From Prasinococcaceae sp. CCMP 1430 (lineage: Eukaryota; Plantae; Prasinodermophyta), in contig RQSC01001045.1 of the NCBI GenBank assembly GCA_013416795.1, forward strand, positions 41,312 to 105,311: DNA of 64,000 bases, given 5' to 3'. This document shows, piece after piece, positions 1 through 11,051 of this stretch; position 1 is the stretch's first letter, and each line of letters starts with the position of its first letter. The notes under the pieces are model-generated. The model was not told the origin of the DNA, searched no databases, and was given only the letters and a program-made list of their open reading frames with translations. The position numbers and the translations under genes are program-made.

Positions 1-608
1 ACGTAGAGCCGCTCGGCCACATCGCCGCGGCCGATGCTCTCGAGCACGCCACGCGCGGCCTTGGTCGCCTCAGCGTCGCGCGCGGCGATCGCGTCGCTTA
101 GCTGCGGCGACACAATTGCCTCGAGGCGGTCCTCGTGCTGCGCCAGGCGTTGGCGCGCGTCGGCGAACTGCGGCACGTCCACCACCGCACCTATGGCGCG
201 GCGCATCTGGGAGAGTGCCGCGGCCGCGGCCGGCGCGTCCCCGCTCGCGAGCACTGGGTCGATGGTCACCAGTAGCTCGGAGAGTCCCGCAGCCTCTGCG
301 AGCGTGCCACGCGCGTCCTCCATGCGCTCGCGGATAGCGCCGACGGCTGCGAGGCGGGACACGCACGCGGCGGACTTCTCCACACTCTCGCCCAACCTCT
401 CCGACAGCGCGCTCGCCTTGGCCCGCAGCGACACGCTCTCGTCGCGCAACCTCCCGCTCTCGCGCGCGGCGCGCGGCACGCGCGCGAGCGCCGCGGCCGA
501 GTCGTCCTCGAGCGCTGCAGACGCATCCTCTGCCATGAGCTGCAGCTTCATCTCGAGCTCGGAGAGGTATTTGTCCACGGCCTCCTCCGGAGGGCAGCTC
601 GCGCAAGC
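1..608 (-). CDS. COG7: Conserved oligomeric Golgi complex subunit 7, internal exon (runs off the window; first exon not seen)
   Basis: Minus-strand translation DKYLSELEMKLQLMAEDASAALEDDSAAALARVPRAARESGRLRDESVSLR...RMEDARGTLAEAAGL...DRLEAIVSPQLSDA closely follows the plant COG7 N-terminus. CTGAC branch point and CAG acceptor at 609-611. The upstream intron runs into a single N at 688. Confidence 0.85.
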
Positions 609-900
609 CTGGAGCGCGCAGCGCAGCTCGGCGCGTCAGCGCCAGCGCCAGCGCCAGCGCGTGCGGCCGCGCGCGCGCGCTGATCGCNATGCACGCTGTG
701 CCCGCTGTGGCCACCGTGCCATCCATGCCCGTGCTGTGGCCCAGGTGCACCGCCCATTGATCCTCCGTAGCCCCCACTGTGCGTGGCGTGGGCGGGCGGA
801 GGTGGCGGCCCTGGCAAGGGCGCCTGCGATGGCAGCGGCGGCGGCGACGCCGCACGAGGGGGTGGCGGCGGCGGTGCCTGTGTTAGCGAGGGCGCGGTCG

Positions 901-1251
901 ATGCTCACATTCGCGGCACGGGCCGCTGCGTCGTCCCCTTGCTCGCCTGGCGTGGCCTCGGCGGCGGGTGCGCTCCCTGCAGCTGCGCCCGCGCGCTTCA
1001 TGTCGGCGGGAGGACACTTCAAGCGCAGGACGGCGAGCAGCAAGTACAAGATGCGTCACCCGACGGTCTTCAAGCGGCGCTTCAAGATGCTCGGCGGCGC
1101 TGGCGGCAAAGTGAAGCGCATGCGCGAGGGCAACCGCCACCGCGCCTTCCACAAGGGCAACACCCAGAAGAACCACCTCGCGCGGCCCGCGATGGCTGCC
1201 GCAGGCGTCGCCAGGTTGCTCAAGAAGTTCGGCTTCGCGAGCGGATTCTAG
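901..1251 (+). CDS. RPL35: Organellar (probably mitochondrial) ribosomal protein bL35 with transit peptide
   Basis: Ala/Ser/Arg-rich presequence, then KYKMRHPTVFKRRFKMLGGAGGKVKRMREGNRHRAFHKGNTQKNHLARP, the L35 pattern (K...KRF...G...R....RH...K). It resembles plant mitochondrial L35. Confidence 0.8.
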   Translation: MLTFAARAAASSPCSPGVASAAGALPAAAPARFMSAGGHFKRRTASSKYKMRHPTVFKRRFKMLGGAGGKVKRMREGNRHRAFHKGNTQKNHLARPAMAAAGVARLLKKFGFASGF

Positions 1252-1413
1252 CTACAGCCAAGCGCCTGGCTGGCGCATGTGGCCACGTCCAGTGCCCGTG
1301 GCACGCCGCGAGGCGCCGCGAGCCGCTCGCGGGCGACGGTGAAAATACCTCCATTCAATTTTGTCGACACAAACGTATATACAACTCGGGAAACGCGGCG
1401 CGTGCCCGCGGGC

Positions 1414-2682
1414 TCAGCTTGCGAACCCCTTGAGGTAGTTGATGGCGTCGAAGGCCACGGCATCGACCGCAGCCTCGTCGCCGAACGCGAAGCCGCTGCC
1501 AGCGCCGTCCCCGCCGAGGCCCGCCGCATCGGCGGCCTGCGCCGCAGCCGCGCCCAGATCCGCCGGCGTCACGCGCACGCACACCGGCGAGAGGTGCCCC
1601 AGCCCTGGAAGGATGGTGCTGCTCACCGATGCGCCCAACTGCGGATCGCCCGTGCCCTCACTGGCGTCGCCTTCGCTGCTTGTCCCCTTGAGCGCTGCCA
1701 GCAGACCCATGGACATGTCCAGGGTGTCTGCACCGAGGGTGCACACTCGCACGTCTGCGCGCGGGTCCTCGCCCAGGACGCCCGCGCGCCGGAGTGTGGC
1801 CTCTTCGTTCGGCGCGAACTCGACGCCCGCGGCGGCAGCTGCACGCCGCGCGACGCCTGCAAGAACGGGCACGGCCGCGCCGGCGGGAGTGCCTCGCAGC
1901 AGCGCCTCGCAGAGCTGCTCCAGGAGTCCAATTTGCGCCTGCGCGGTCGCGGACGTAAATGCACACAGGTAGACGCGCCCGCCTGGCCCGCCGCTCTCGT
2001 CGCTGCTGCTCCTGTCCGCCGCCGCAAGCAACGCCAGCTTGGCCCCCAGAGAGTGACCCACCACGTGCCTCGGCAGATTGGCGGCATCTACGCCGAAGGC
2101 GCCGCCACACGCACCGCACGCATCCGCAAACGTGCGCGCGCACTCGCGGGCGGCCGCGCCGTGGTCCAGTGCCGCCTCGTACGGCGTGGCCACCACCACG
2201 AAGCCACCAGCGTCGGCGAGGGCGCGCGCGAGGCGATCGTAGCACACGTGTGGGTAGCCACCGACGAGCGCGCCGCCGAGCAGGTGCACGATGCCAGCCG
2301 GTGTGCCGGGCGGGAGCAGCACCTGCGCGCGATGCCGGCGCGGCGGCGGCGTGTTAGGCGGGGTCATCCGCGCTCGCGCGCGCAGCTTCGGCGCCCTCGA
2401 CGGGGCGCGGCGTACCTTTGCTCCTGCGACATCGCGCCACGGCTCGCGCCCCCCCGCACGCTCGCCGCTGCGCTCCGCCACGAGCTCCGCCTGCACGAGC
2501 CGCGAGCGCAGCTCGATGGCGAGCGGGTTGTCGCCGCCCCGATCCTCGCCGCCGCCCGGGGCGACGCGCGCGCGCCTCGCGCGCCTCGGGGCCCGCCAAC
2601 CGCACGCGCCGCCGCCGCCGTCGACGCCATCGCAGCCCCCTTCCTCCCCTCACCCTCGGCTCCCCGGCAGCGCGTGCGCCAT
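1414..2682 (-). CDS. DUF1350-family alpha/beta-hydrolase-fold protein, probably plastid-targeted; intron 2323-2415; 5' end uncertain
   Basis: VLLPPGTPAGIVHLLGGALVGGYPHVCYDRL...VVATPY...DH, nucleophile elbow GHSLGAKL, VEFAP and GHLSP match the cyanobacterial/plant DUF1350 pattern. The GT-AG intron restores the phase-0 join WRDVAGAK|VLLPP. Confidence 0.8.
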
Positions 2683-2740
2683 GTGGCGCGCCGAAGCTGG
2701 CGGGCGCCACTCTAGATAAGAAGCTTCCGAGCAAAAACGC

Positions 2741-2748
2741 CATCAAAA
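2741..2748 (+). promoter_or_regulatory. CATCAAAA motif in the DUF1350/Rho_N divergent intergenic region
   Basis: One copy of a motif that recurs in several divergent intergenic regions (see findings). Confidence 0.5.
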
Positions 2749-2909
2749 CGAACGCGCGCGGGAAAACGCATTGAAATCGCCATCACAGCGGGGCGCGCCA
2801 CACCGCGCGCGCGCTACGCACGCATCCGCCCTCTCTCTCCCCCTTCCCCCTCCCCCCTCCGCGCGCGCGCGAGCGGGCGGGCGGCGTGTCGCGGCGGTCG
2901 CGCCGTGCG

Positions 2910-3894
2910 ATGAGCAAGCGCGCACCGAGCGGCGGTCGGACGCGGCGGACGCCGTGGTGGTGGGTGCTCGCGGCCGCGGGCGTGCTCGTGGTGGCCGCGC
3001 TCGACTCGCGGCCGCCGACCGACGACTGCGTGCGCCGTGCCGCTGGCGGCGCCGCTGGCGGCGGCGACGGCTGTCGGCGGCGCGCTGTACCTCTCCGCCC
3101 TGCAGCTCCGCTTCCGCGGCGAGCGCGGCGCCGGCGACGCCTCGCCGGACAGCACGCCCACCAAAACACCTGACGCGGGCGCGTTCGGCGAGGACGATAT
3201 CATGTGGGGCACGATGGGCGTCGTATCGGCGCTGCCGATCGCCAGCCCGCTCGCGTGGGCGTTCGGGTGGATCGCCACCGGTGAGCGCCGCTACCTGGCG
3301 TTCTGCGCCATGTACGCGGTGCCGTCGCTCGCGGCGTTCTCGAGCACGCTCACCGACGCCGCCGACGGCGGCGCCAGCGGCGGGATGGAGTTCCTGGCGC
3401 TCCTCGCGTGCGTGGCGCACGTGCAGCTGGAGCGGGTTGCCGCTACCGAGAACGTCGACGCCGAGCGGCCGCCGTGGCTGCCGCAGCTGCCCAACGACCG
3501 CGCGGTGACGCTGCCGTTCTTCGGCGGCGCTGAGGGCGAGGACGAGGGCGACCGCACGCAGGCGCCGCCGCCGCTGGAGCGCTCCGCCGCGGCCGGCCTC
3601 GCCAAGGGCACGTGGGGGCAGCAGTCGCTCAAGGCCAAGCTCGAGGCAGAGGACGCCGCCGAGCGCGAGGCGGAGGCCGCGCAGCGCGTGCTCGAAGAGC
3701 GCGCGCTCGGCGACTGGGACGTGCGTTTCTCGCGGCGCTCGGCCACCGTCAAGCAGCTGCGCGAGGAATGCAAGGAGCAGGGCATCGAGGGGTACAGCCG
3801 CTTGCGCAAGGCTGAGCTGGTGGAATTGCTCGAGTCCGTCGATCGCCGGCGGGCCGCGGAGAGGGTGCTTGATGAAGAAACGAGCGAAGGCTGA
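2910..3894 (+). CDS. Multi-pass membrane protein with C-terminal Rho-termination-factor N-terminal (Rho_N)-like helical domain; 5' end needs a 1-nt correction
   Basis: Hydrophobic helices (WGTMGVVSALPIASPLAWAFGWIATGERRYLAF...HVQLE), then TVKQLREECKEQGIEGYSRLRKAELVELLE, a typical Rho_N/HeH motif. Confidence 0.6.
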
Positions 3895-3967
3895 TGATGA
3901 GTACTAAAGTAGTTCGACACGGCGACGGTTCTAGTCTCAACGAGCGCCCAGCGCGCGCGGCGTCGCA

Positions 3968-4147
3968 TGAGCGCGCGCAAGCAACGCTGAGCGCGCGCAA
4001 GCAACGCTGAGCGCGCGCAAGCAACGCTGAGCGAGCGCAAGCAACGCTGAGCGAGCGCAAGCAACGCTGAGCGAGCGCAAGCAACGCTGAGCGAGCGCAA
4101 GCAACGCTGAGCGAGCGCATGCAACGCTGAGCGCGCGCAAGCAACGC
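3968..4147. repeat. Minisatellite: 9 tandem copies of the 20-bp unit TGAGCG(C/A)GCGCAAGCAACGC
   Basis: Counted directly: units start at 3968, 3988 ... 4128. There are no spacers. It lies between the 3' ends of convergent genes. Confidence 0.97.
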
Positions 4148-4451
4148 CTCGCTCACGGCAGAGGTGCTGGCGACGGCGTAGGGGCCTCGGAGGCGCGTTC
4201 CCACATGTCGAAGCCAATGACCGCCTCGCACGTGGGGTCGTCGCCGTTGCGAGGAGTCCTTCCGTGAAATGGTATTCTGACTCAGCGTCTACCCGGGCCC
4301 TGGCCACGTAGTAGCAGGTCCCCGTGGCCCCCCATCATATTGTCATGCTTCGGGCGTATGCTCGCCTACGCGACGCCGCTAACGCTGGGTGCTCATGGAG
4401 AGTAGACGCAATAGACAATGTTACATTCGAGCGACGCCCTGGCTTGCAGAC

Positions 4452-6167
4452 TCACACCGTCCGCCGCCACGTCCGCCAGGCGCGCCACTGCCGCGGCCTC
4501 GCCTCGCACGTTGCCTTGGCAAGCCCAGCGACGATCGCCACCACGCTGCTGAGCGCCAGCAGCCAACCGAGCGCCAACGCCCAAGACGGCAGCTTGCTTG
4601 CCTCGGCACCGGTCTCGTCGTCGGAGCCATAGAATCCGCTCGGGTCCATGGCGCTGAAGACGATCGCCAGGTTGAAGAGGCACAAGAGCGCGACGGGGAT
4701 GAAGTACTGCCACAGCAGTCGCCACAGCCTGCCGCCAGTTGCGCGGCCGCCGCGCATCTCTTGAATGGCCGCAAGAAAGTCGTCGCCATAGAACCACGTC
4801 ACGGCAATGCACTCGCAGGCGCAGACAGCAAAGGGGCCGAGAAGTAGACCCCAGCTGTCAAAGAATTGGACCCAGTACTCACCGGCGTCGGATGCCAGCC
4901 ACAGGTTGGTGCAAAACAATGTGACGCAGACGTACGCCGCCGCGATTGCGGTGCTCTTTGTGGCGCCGGATTCGACCGCCAGCCCCAGAAGCACCTCCAC
5001 CGTGCCCAGCTCGCTGTCAATTCCGAGCAGGAAGAGCGTGATGAAGAAGAGGATGCTCGCTACCTGCGCAAGACCAGTTGGCAGCGTCGCGAGGCCAGCA
5101 GGGTACACGACGAACGCCAGAGATACCGGATTCGACGTGATGACATCCTCAATCGGCACATCTTCTTCGTGCGCGAGAACGCCGAGCATGGCGAAGACAG
5201 TCACGCCTGCGAGAAGAGACGTCAGCGCATTGCAAAGGGGCACAGCGATGGCATCAATCACCACATCCTCCCTGCCGCCAAGGTGAGAGGCGAATACGAC
5301 CAGCGCGCCTAAACCAACCCCCAACGAGAAAAAAATCTGCGTCGCCGCCGCCTGCCACGTGGATCCGTCGGCCAACAACGCCCATTGCGGCTTGAAGAGA
5401 AACGCGACGCCCGCGCCCGCGCCCTTCTTGGTCACCGCAATTATCATCAGCGCGATGAGCATCACAAAGGGTACAGTGGCAGTCACCCACACCACTACAC
5501 CGACGGATTTGGTGCCTCGGCAGACGAAGAGAAAGCAGGCAGCCCATGCGACGGCCATCGCGCCAACGATGGGTCCCACTAGCATCGTCATGTCGCCGAT
5601 GCCCGCAGACAAGTGCAGCACATCGTCCTGGAGGAATTCGGTGGCCGCCTCAACGCGCGTCTGGGTCCCCGAGGGCGCCCACGGTAGCGGTGAGCGAAAG
5701 GAGTGCACCACGTATACGAGCGCCCACGCGATGATCGCCATGTAGTAGTACGAAATGATGCCCGCGAGGAGTACCGCTGCCCACCCTACGCCGACCAGGC
5801 GCGGGTCCACCGCTTGGAGTGCTTTCACGGGGCCGGCCTTGGCCGCTTGCCCCAGCGCCAACTCCAGCAGGTACAGCGGCACGCCCAGCAACACGAGGCA
5901 GACGAAGTAGGCGAGCAAGAAGGCGCCGCCGCCGTGCGCGTAGGCCACGTACGGAAAGCGCCACACATTGCCGAGTCCGATGGTGTAGCCGATGCAGGCC
6001 AGCAGGAAGCTCGCCCGAGACCGCCAGGTGCTGCGAATACAGAGCGCGAGCACAGGGTGTGGGGAAGGGGTCGCATTAGAATGTAGCAGCGTTCAGGCGC
6101 GAGCGATAACTGACGCTCTCGTGTGCTTGCACGCTGCCGCTGCAGCGACGCCATGCTTCGTCGGCAT
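4452..6167 (-). CDS. Sodium:neurotransmitter symporter (NSS/SLC6) family transporter; intron 6031-6114; C-terminus may have a further intron
   Basis: TWRSRASFLLACIGYTIGLGNVWRFPYVAYAHGGGAFLLAY...LELALGQ (TM1-2 signature), QIFFSLG (TM6), LGIDS (TM8). A short first exon MPTKHGVAAAAACKHTRA splices in phase. Confidence 0.92.
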
Positions 6168-6681
6168 GGTTTGCACACGCACCCTCTACGTCGCTCCGCG
6201 GCGCTCGTGAATATTGCTGCCGTCGCCCTCAACTCATCCACCGCCGCGGCATCGTCGACGCAGAGCCGCGCGCTGGGCACGGGCGCTAGCACGTCGGCTG
6301 ATTGCCGAGCCTCGCGCTGCTGGCGACCGTCCGCGGTCGAGGGGCTCGAGGTAGAGCCAACGCCCTCAATCTCGAACGTGCCAGCCGTTGCCGTCAGCGC
6401 GCTCTTGCCTCTGTCGGACATCAATGAGAACGGGCGGTAGCACACCGCCCGCGTGCCGGCGCGACCTGGCGCGCAGACGGCCCGCCAGCGTCCCACAACG
6501 CGTAGCTGTGCACCGACCACGCGACGGACGGCGTTCGCGCTGGCGCCACCGCGCCTGCGTCGTGGGGCGCGCCCTGCTGCGGCGCGCACGATGTGGCACA
6601 AATAAATGTGTGTCCTTTTCTCACACCGCGCCAGACTGCGCGCAACGCGCGCTGCGGTGGCATTTGCGAGATTCAATGCCC

Positions 6682-7741
6682 ATGACCGGCTCCGCAATCC
6701 GAGTCGTCGCCACAGTACTGCTACTCGCGCGCGCGGCAGCCTGCGTACGGTCTCAGCCCGACGCAGCGCAGCATGGAAACCCCATCGGCGAGGCACTGGC
6801 CAACCCGGCGACATGCGCGTTCGTGGGCAGCGGCCCAGGTGCGTGACAGTATTCTCAGCGCGCACGCTCTGACACGCGGTCTGCCGCGGCCGTGCGCGTG
6901 CTGGGGCTGCACCGACCCACTGACATCGGCGCCGGTGGGCACTGCAGGCAACAGCTCCGCCGCGCGCGAGGCCTGCTACGACGTGGACCCGTCGGACCTG
7001 CCGGCGGCGTTTTCCGTGCGCTTCGAGTTGTACTTTGGCGGCGACCAGCGCGCCTTCACCGTCCGCGTGAACACCTCGTGGGCGCCGCCGTTCGCGGCGC
7101 GCTTCTGGCAGCTTGCGCACCTGGGATTCTGGGAGGACGCCGCGCTGTTCCGCCCCGACTACCGCAACAGCTCGACATCCTTCGTCGTGCAGACAGGGCT
7201 GGCGGCTACTCCCATTTGGAACGCCCTTTGGACGCTGCTCAAGACCGACAACGCCACCGCCGTGCCCGTCGTGAGCAACACTCGCGGGTTCGTCTCGTGG
7301 GCGATGGACGCGGTTGGATGCTCATCGGGGTCGTCATCCGGGGACGACAATCCGTGCGCGCCGTACCGCCCCGCATGCACGTCTGACGAGTACTGCGCCG
7401 TCAACTTCACCTCTCAGTTCTTCGTCAATTACGCCGACAACTCGAGGTTGGACGCGAATGGGTTTGCGCCCTTTGGTCAGGTGGACGAGGAAGGCATGGC
7501 GACGCTAGAAGACATCGGCTTTGTCCTTGGCAACCTGTACGGCGAGCTGAGCGACATCTGCTGCTGCGACCCGCCGGATAGCCTGGCTCCCTACTGCATC
7601 TTCGACCCCGAGACTGGCCAGAGCCGCGGCGTCAACTCCACCAGATACGCCGCGCTGGGCTCGCCGTACCTGCGCTTGGGTGGCCAGTTCCAGGCCATGT
7701 ACGACCTGCGCATCCGCACGGTGGAGGTCGTCTCCACGTGA
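6682..7741 (+). CDS. Secreted cyclophilin-type peptidyl-prolyl isomerase; intron about 6839-6947
   Basis: Signal peptide MTGSAIRVVATVLLLARAAAC, then FTVRVNTSWAPPFAARFWQL...LFR...FVVQTG...SNTRGFVSWA...TSQFFVNYADNSRLDANGFAPFGQV, the cyclophilin core. Intron has a GTGCGT donor, CTGAC branch point and CTGCAG acceptor. Confidence 0.8.
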
Positions 7742-7871
7742 GGCTCGCTCGCTTTCTCGCTCGCTTTCTCGCTCGCTCGCTCGCGCATGCGCGGGCCCTC
7801 GCCGTCGACGTAAGTCCTCGCACCGCCCGCACAGATGCGCCACGCGCCCGTGCGATGCAATTCCCCCTTCG

Positions 7872-7944
7872 TTTTGATTGCGCATCGCTGCGATGCACAG
7901 CTCATTCTTTTTTCAAAATCGTGGGACTCGAAACGCCATCAAAA
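7872..7944. promoter_or_regulatory. TTTTGAT and CATCAAAA motifs upstream of OATP
   Basis: Copies at 7872-7878 and 7937-7944, in opposite orientations. Confidence 0.5.
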
Positions 7945-8088
7945 TGAACGCCATGACTTTTTTCGACGCCGCCGGCGTCGGCGCCGTTTGCGCGCGCAGC
8001 GGCGTACCGCGCCACACCGCGCGCGCAGCGGCAGCCGCGCGCGCTCGCTGGGCCCCTCGCGGCCGTCGCGAGGGCGCCAAGGATCACT

Positions 8089-11051
8089 ATGGGCTCTCCA
8101 GCGGCGGGAAGCCGCGCGCGGCGGGCGCGTGTGCTGCTCGCGTTGTCGAGCTTTGCGTTCGTCCAGGGGCTCACGCACTCGGGGCTTACTGCGGCGACGC
8201 TCTCCAGCATTACTCGGCGGTACGGCTTCAGCAATGTGCAGGCAGGCTTTCTGCTCGCCGGCTATGACTTTGCCGCGGCAGTTGCGGGCACCGTCATCGC
8301 GCTCGCCATAGCCGCGGCGCAGCGGAGGCGCCGCCCGCACGCAGACGCCCGGGGCATTCGCGACGAGGACGCAGGCACTCGCATGGCAGCGGAGGAAGAA
8401 AGCAGAGCCAACCGCGACCTGGGCGATAGCAATCCTTCGATCTCATTCGAGGACGGCGAGGGACCGCAAATGTCAGCTCCACGCGCGTTGCGTGCGCCCA
8501 CTGGGCGCCGGCAGCGCTTCGCCTGGGTGCCAATGGAGGGCGGGCACAGCAATGCCAAGCGTGGGCCGATTGGCCGCACGCTGGCACCTTTGCGAACTTT
8601 GGCGGCTTCAATTGCCAACTCATGCTGCTGTTGGTGCTCTGGCTGCGTGATGTGCGCACGCGCCTTCTTTTCCAGCAAAGAGGCAGTGCTGACCGTGGGT
8701 CTAGCGCTCTTCGCTCTGGGGTCGTTTATGTATGGCGCCCCACAGCTCGCACACGGGACGTATGGGGTGCCAGAGCAGACTGTGCACACGTGTTCCCCTT
8801 CTGCGCAGCTCGGCCTTGCACCAGCACCGGCGCCGGCACCCGCGCCGACGCCAGTCGCAGTTGGAGTCAACGCGAGCGGCAATGCGACGAGCAACGGCGG
8901 CGACGTCAACGAAGAGCAATGCGACAACGTCATCACAAGCGGCGGTGAGCTGTATGCGCTCTTCATGGTCGCGCAGATCATCCTTGGCATTGGTGCGTCG
9001 CCCCTCTTCACCGTCGGGCCGTCTTTCATCGATGACGTATACGAGGGCAGTGCCTCCGTGAACACGGCCCTCGGGCTCTTTTTCGGCGCCTCCGCCCTCG
9101 GCCCCGCCGTCGGTTTTGTACTCGGGGGCATCACACTCGCTACCTGGATCGATGGGGACAGCGCCCAGCCTCCTGGCATCCAGCAAGAATCACGCTTTTG
9201 GGTGGGCCAATGGTTCGTCGGCTTCTGGATTAGCGCGGTGGCCGGCGCGGCACTGCTTCTGCCCTTCGCGCTTGCTCTCTTTATAGGGCGACGGCGCGGG
9301 GCGCCTCAAGACAACACCGTAGCGCCGGAGGAGAACGGCATTGAGTTGCCGCCGTCCTTATATTCGAGTGCTGCCACTGCAGACCCTGAATCATTGGAGG
9401 CGCTGGCACGCAACGGCGTCTCTGCGTCCGTGCACGTCAATGGTGCCGCCGAGCATGATCGCGAGGACGACGACGACGCCACAAGGGCGAACCCACTAGG
9501 ACGTCAAACCAATGGCGATGAGCAAGATGCCGCACACATAGATACAAACGGTGGCGACGAGGGCTCTGCTCGTGCCGGCGGTGGAGCGGAGCAGATCGAT
9601 CGACGTGGACAGCAGCAGCCACAGAGCGACGATGGGTCGGGAGATCACGCGGGTGGCAGGCCCGGGCTCGTTTCAGGGACATTCATTGCGTTGATCGCCG
9701 CGCTCAGCTTTGAGGTGCTGGGGAAGAGTGCCATCGTCCCTTTCGTCCCTCTCGTCGTTCAGGAGACATTTGGTGTCTCGTCTTCATCTGCGAGCTACAT
9801 GGGTCCGTTTGTGTCGCTCGCCGTGTGCGATGAACGTATCGCCCATGCCGACTCATGCACACCCGCGCACGCCACGCCCGCGCTGCGAGACCTGTCGCTG
9901 ACGAACGGCGCTGCGTCGGCGCACCAACCTGCGCTCCTCTTGGTGACTGGCGCCTCAAATATTGACGCGTTGGGATGACACGCGCAGTGGGTGTGGTTCT
10001 TGTGCCCGCAGCCATCTTGGGGACAATCGCGGGTGGCGTGCTAGTCATGAAGACCAAAATGAGTATCAGATCGCAAATAATGTTGTGCGCAGTCACGGTC
10101 TTCCTGGGAGCGTGCGTCTTCACGGCAGCGTCCTTTACGATGGTAGCATGCGACGAGCTCGACTTCGCTGGCATCAACGCCCCCGCCGCATCTGACTCCG
10201 CAAACGGGACGCACGTGGGCCTGTGGCCGCACCTCCCCCACTTTGGCTCTCTCTTTGGCAATAGGACGAAGCCTGGTGACGAGCGTTTCGAGGACACGTG
10301 CAACGCTGGCTGCGATTGTGAGATCGAATATCAACCTGTGTGCTCGACCACAGACGGCACGACGTACTTGAACGGCTGCGTTGCCGGCTGCGAGAACGCC
10401 ACAGCAAATGACGAGGGGGTGCCGACTGCTTACAGCAACTGCACATGCGCCCCTTCGGACGGCCGCGATGCCGTCGTGCCAGGGGAGTGTTCGCGCACGT
10501 GCGCGGCACTCTATGGATTCCTGTCTCTGCTGTTCGTGGCAATATTTCTGGTTTTCCTCAACGCGTCGCCGGTCATGAAGGTCTTCATGGAGTGCGCCGG
10601 AGCCCCGCACACACGCACGCTGAGCCTCGCCTTGGGCGCTCTGGCCTACCGCTTGTTCGGCGCCATCCCCGGACCGGTACTCGAAGGGCTCCTGCTCGAC
10701 GACGCCTGCCGATACGAGTCGCCGTGTTCTAACGCCTGCTTGGTGCATGATCCGCACGGAGTGCGCGTTGCCATCACGTCCTTCCCGCTGTCCGCAATGG
10801 GGATGAGCGCGATTTTGTACGTTGTCGCGTGGCGCTTGCACGGCATGAAGCGGCGCCTTGACGTCGGGTGCCTGATTGTTGGTGCCGGTTGCGTGATCGG
10901 CATACTGGCGTCACTGCGCTCTCTCTTCAGATGGAAGCGGCGACGGGTCATCCCTCACGAGGGGGACGCCGAACAGCTGATACAAGGGGCAGGCGGCGCC
11001 AGCTCCGAGCGCGATCCAGAATTTGCCGGCGCAGATGTTTCGGAGGCATGA
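8089..11051 (+). CDS. Organic anion transporting polypeptide (OATP/SLCO family, MFS) with Kazal-like extracellular domain; intron 9803-9987
   Basis: ITRRYGFSNVQAG, AQIILGIGASPLFTVGPSFIDD, GPAVGFVLGG...WID, WVGQWFVGF, Kazal loop CNAGCDC...YQPVC..DGTTYLNGCVAGC...YSNCTC, and RLFGAIPGPVLEGLLLDDAC are all OATP hallmarks. Confidence 0.9.

Noticed and set aside
3968-4147. 20-bp repeat array as a CRISPR locus
   Set aside because: Units are directly adjacent with no unique spacers, there are no cas genes, and the context is eukaryotic.
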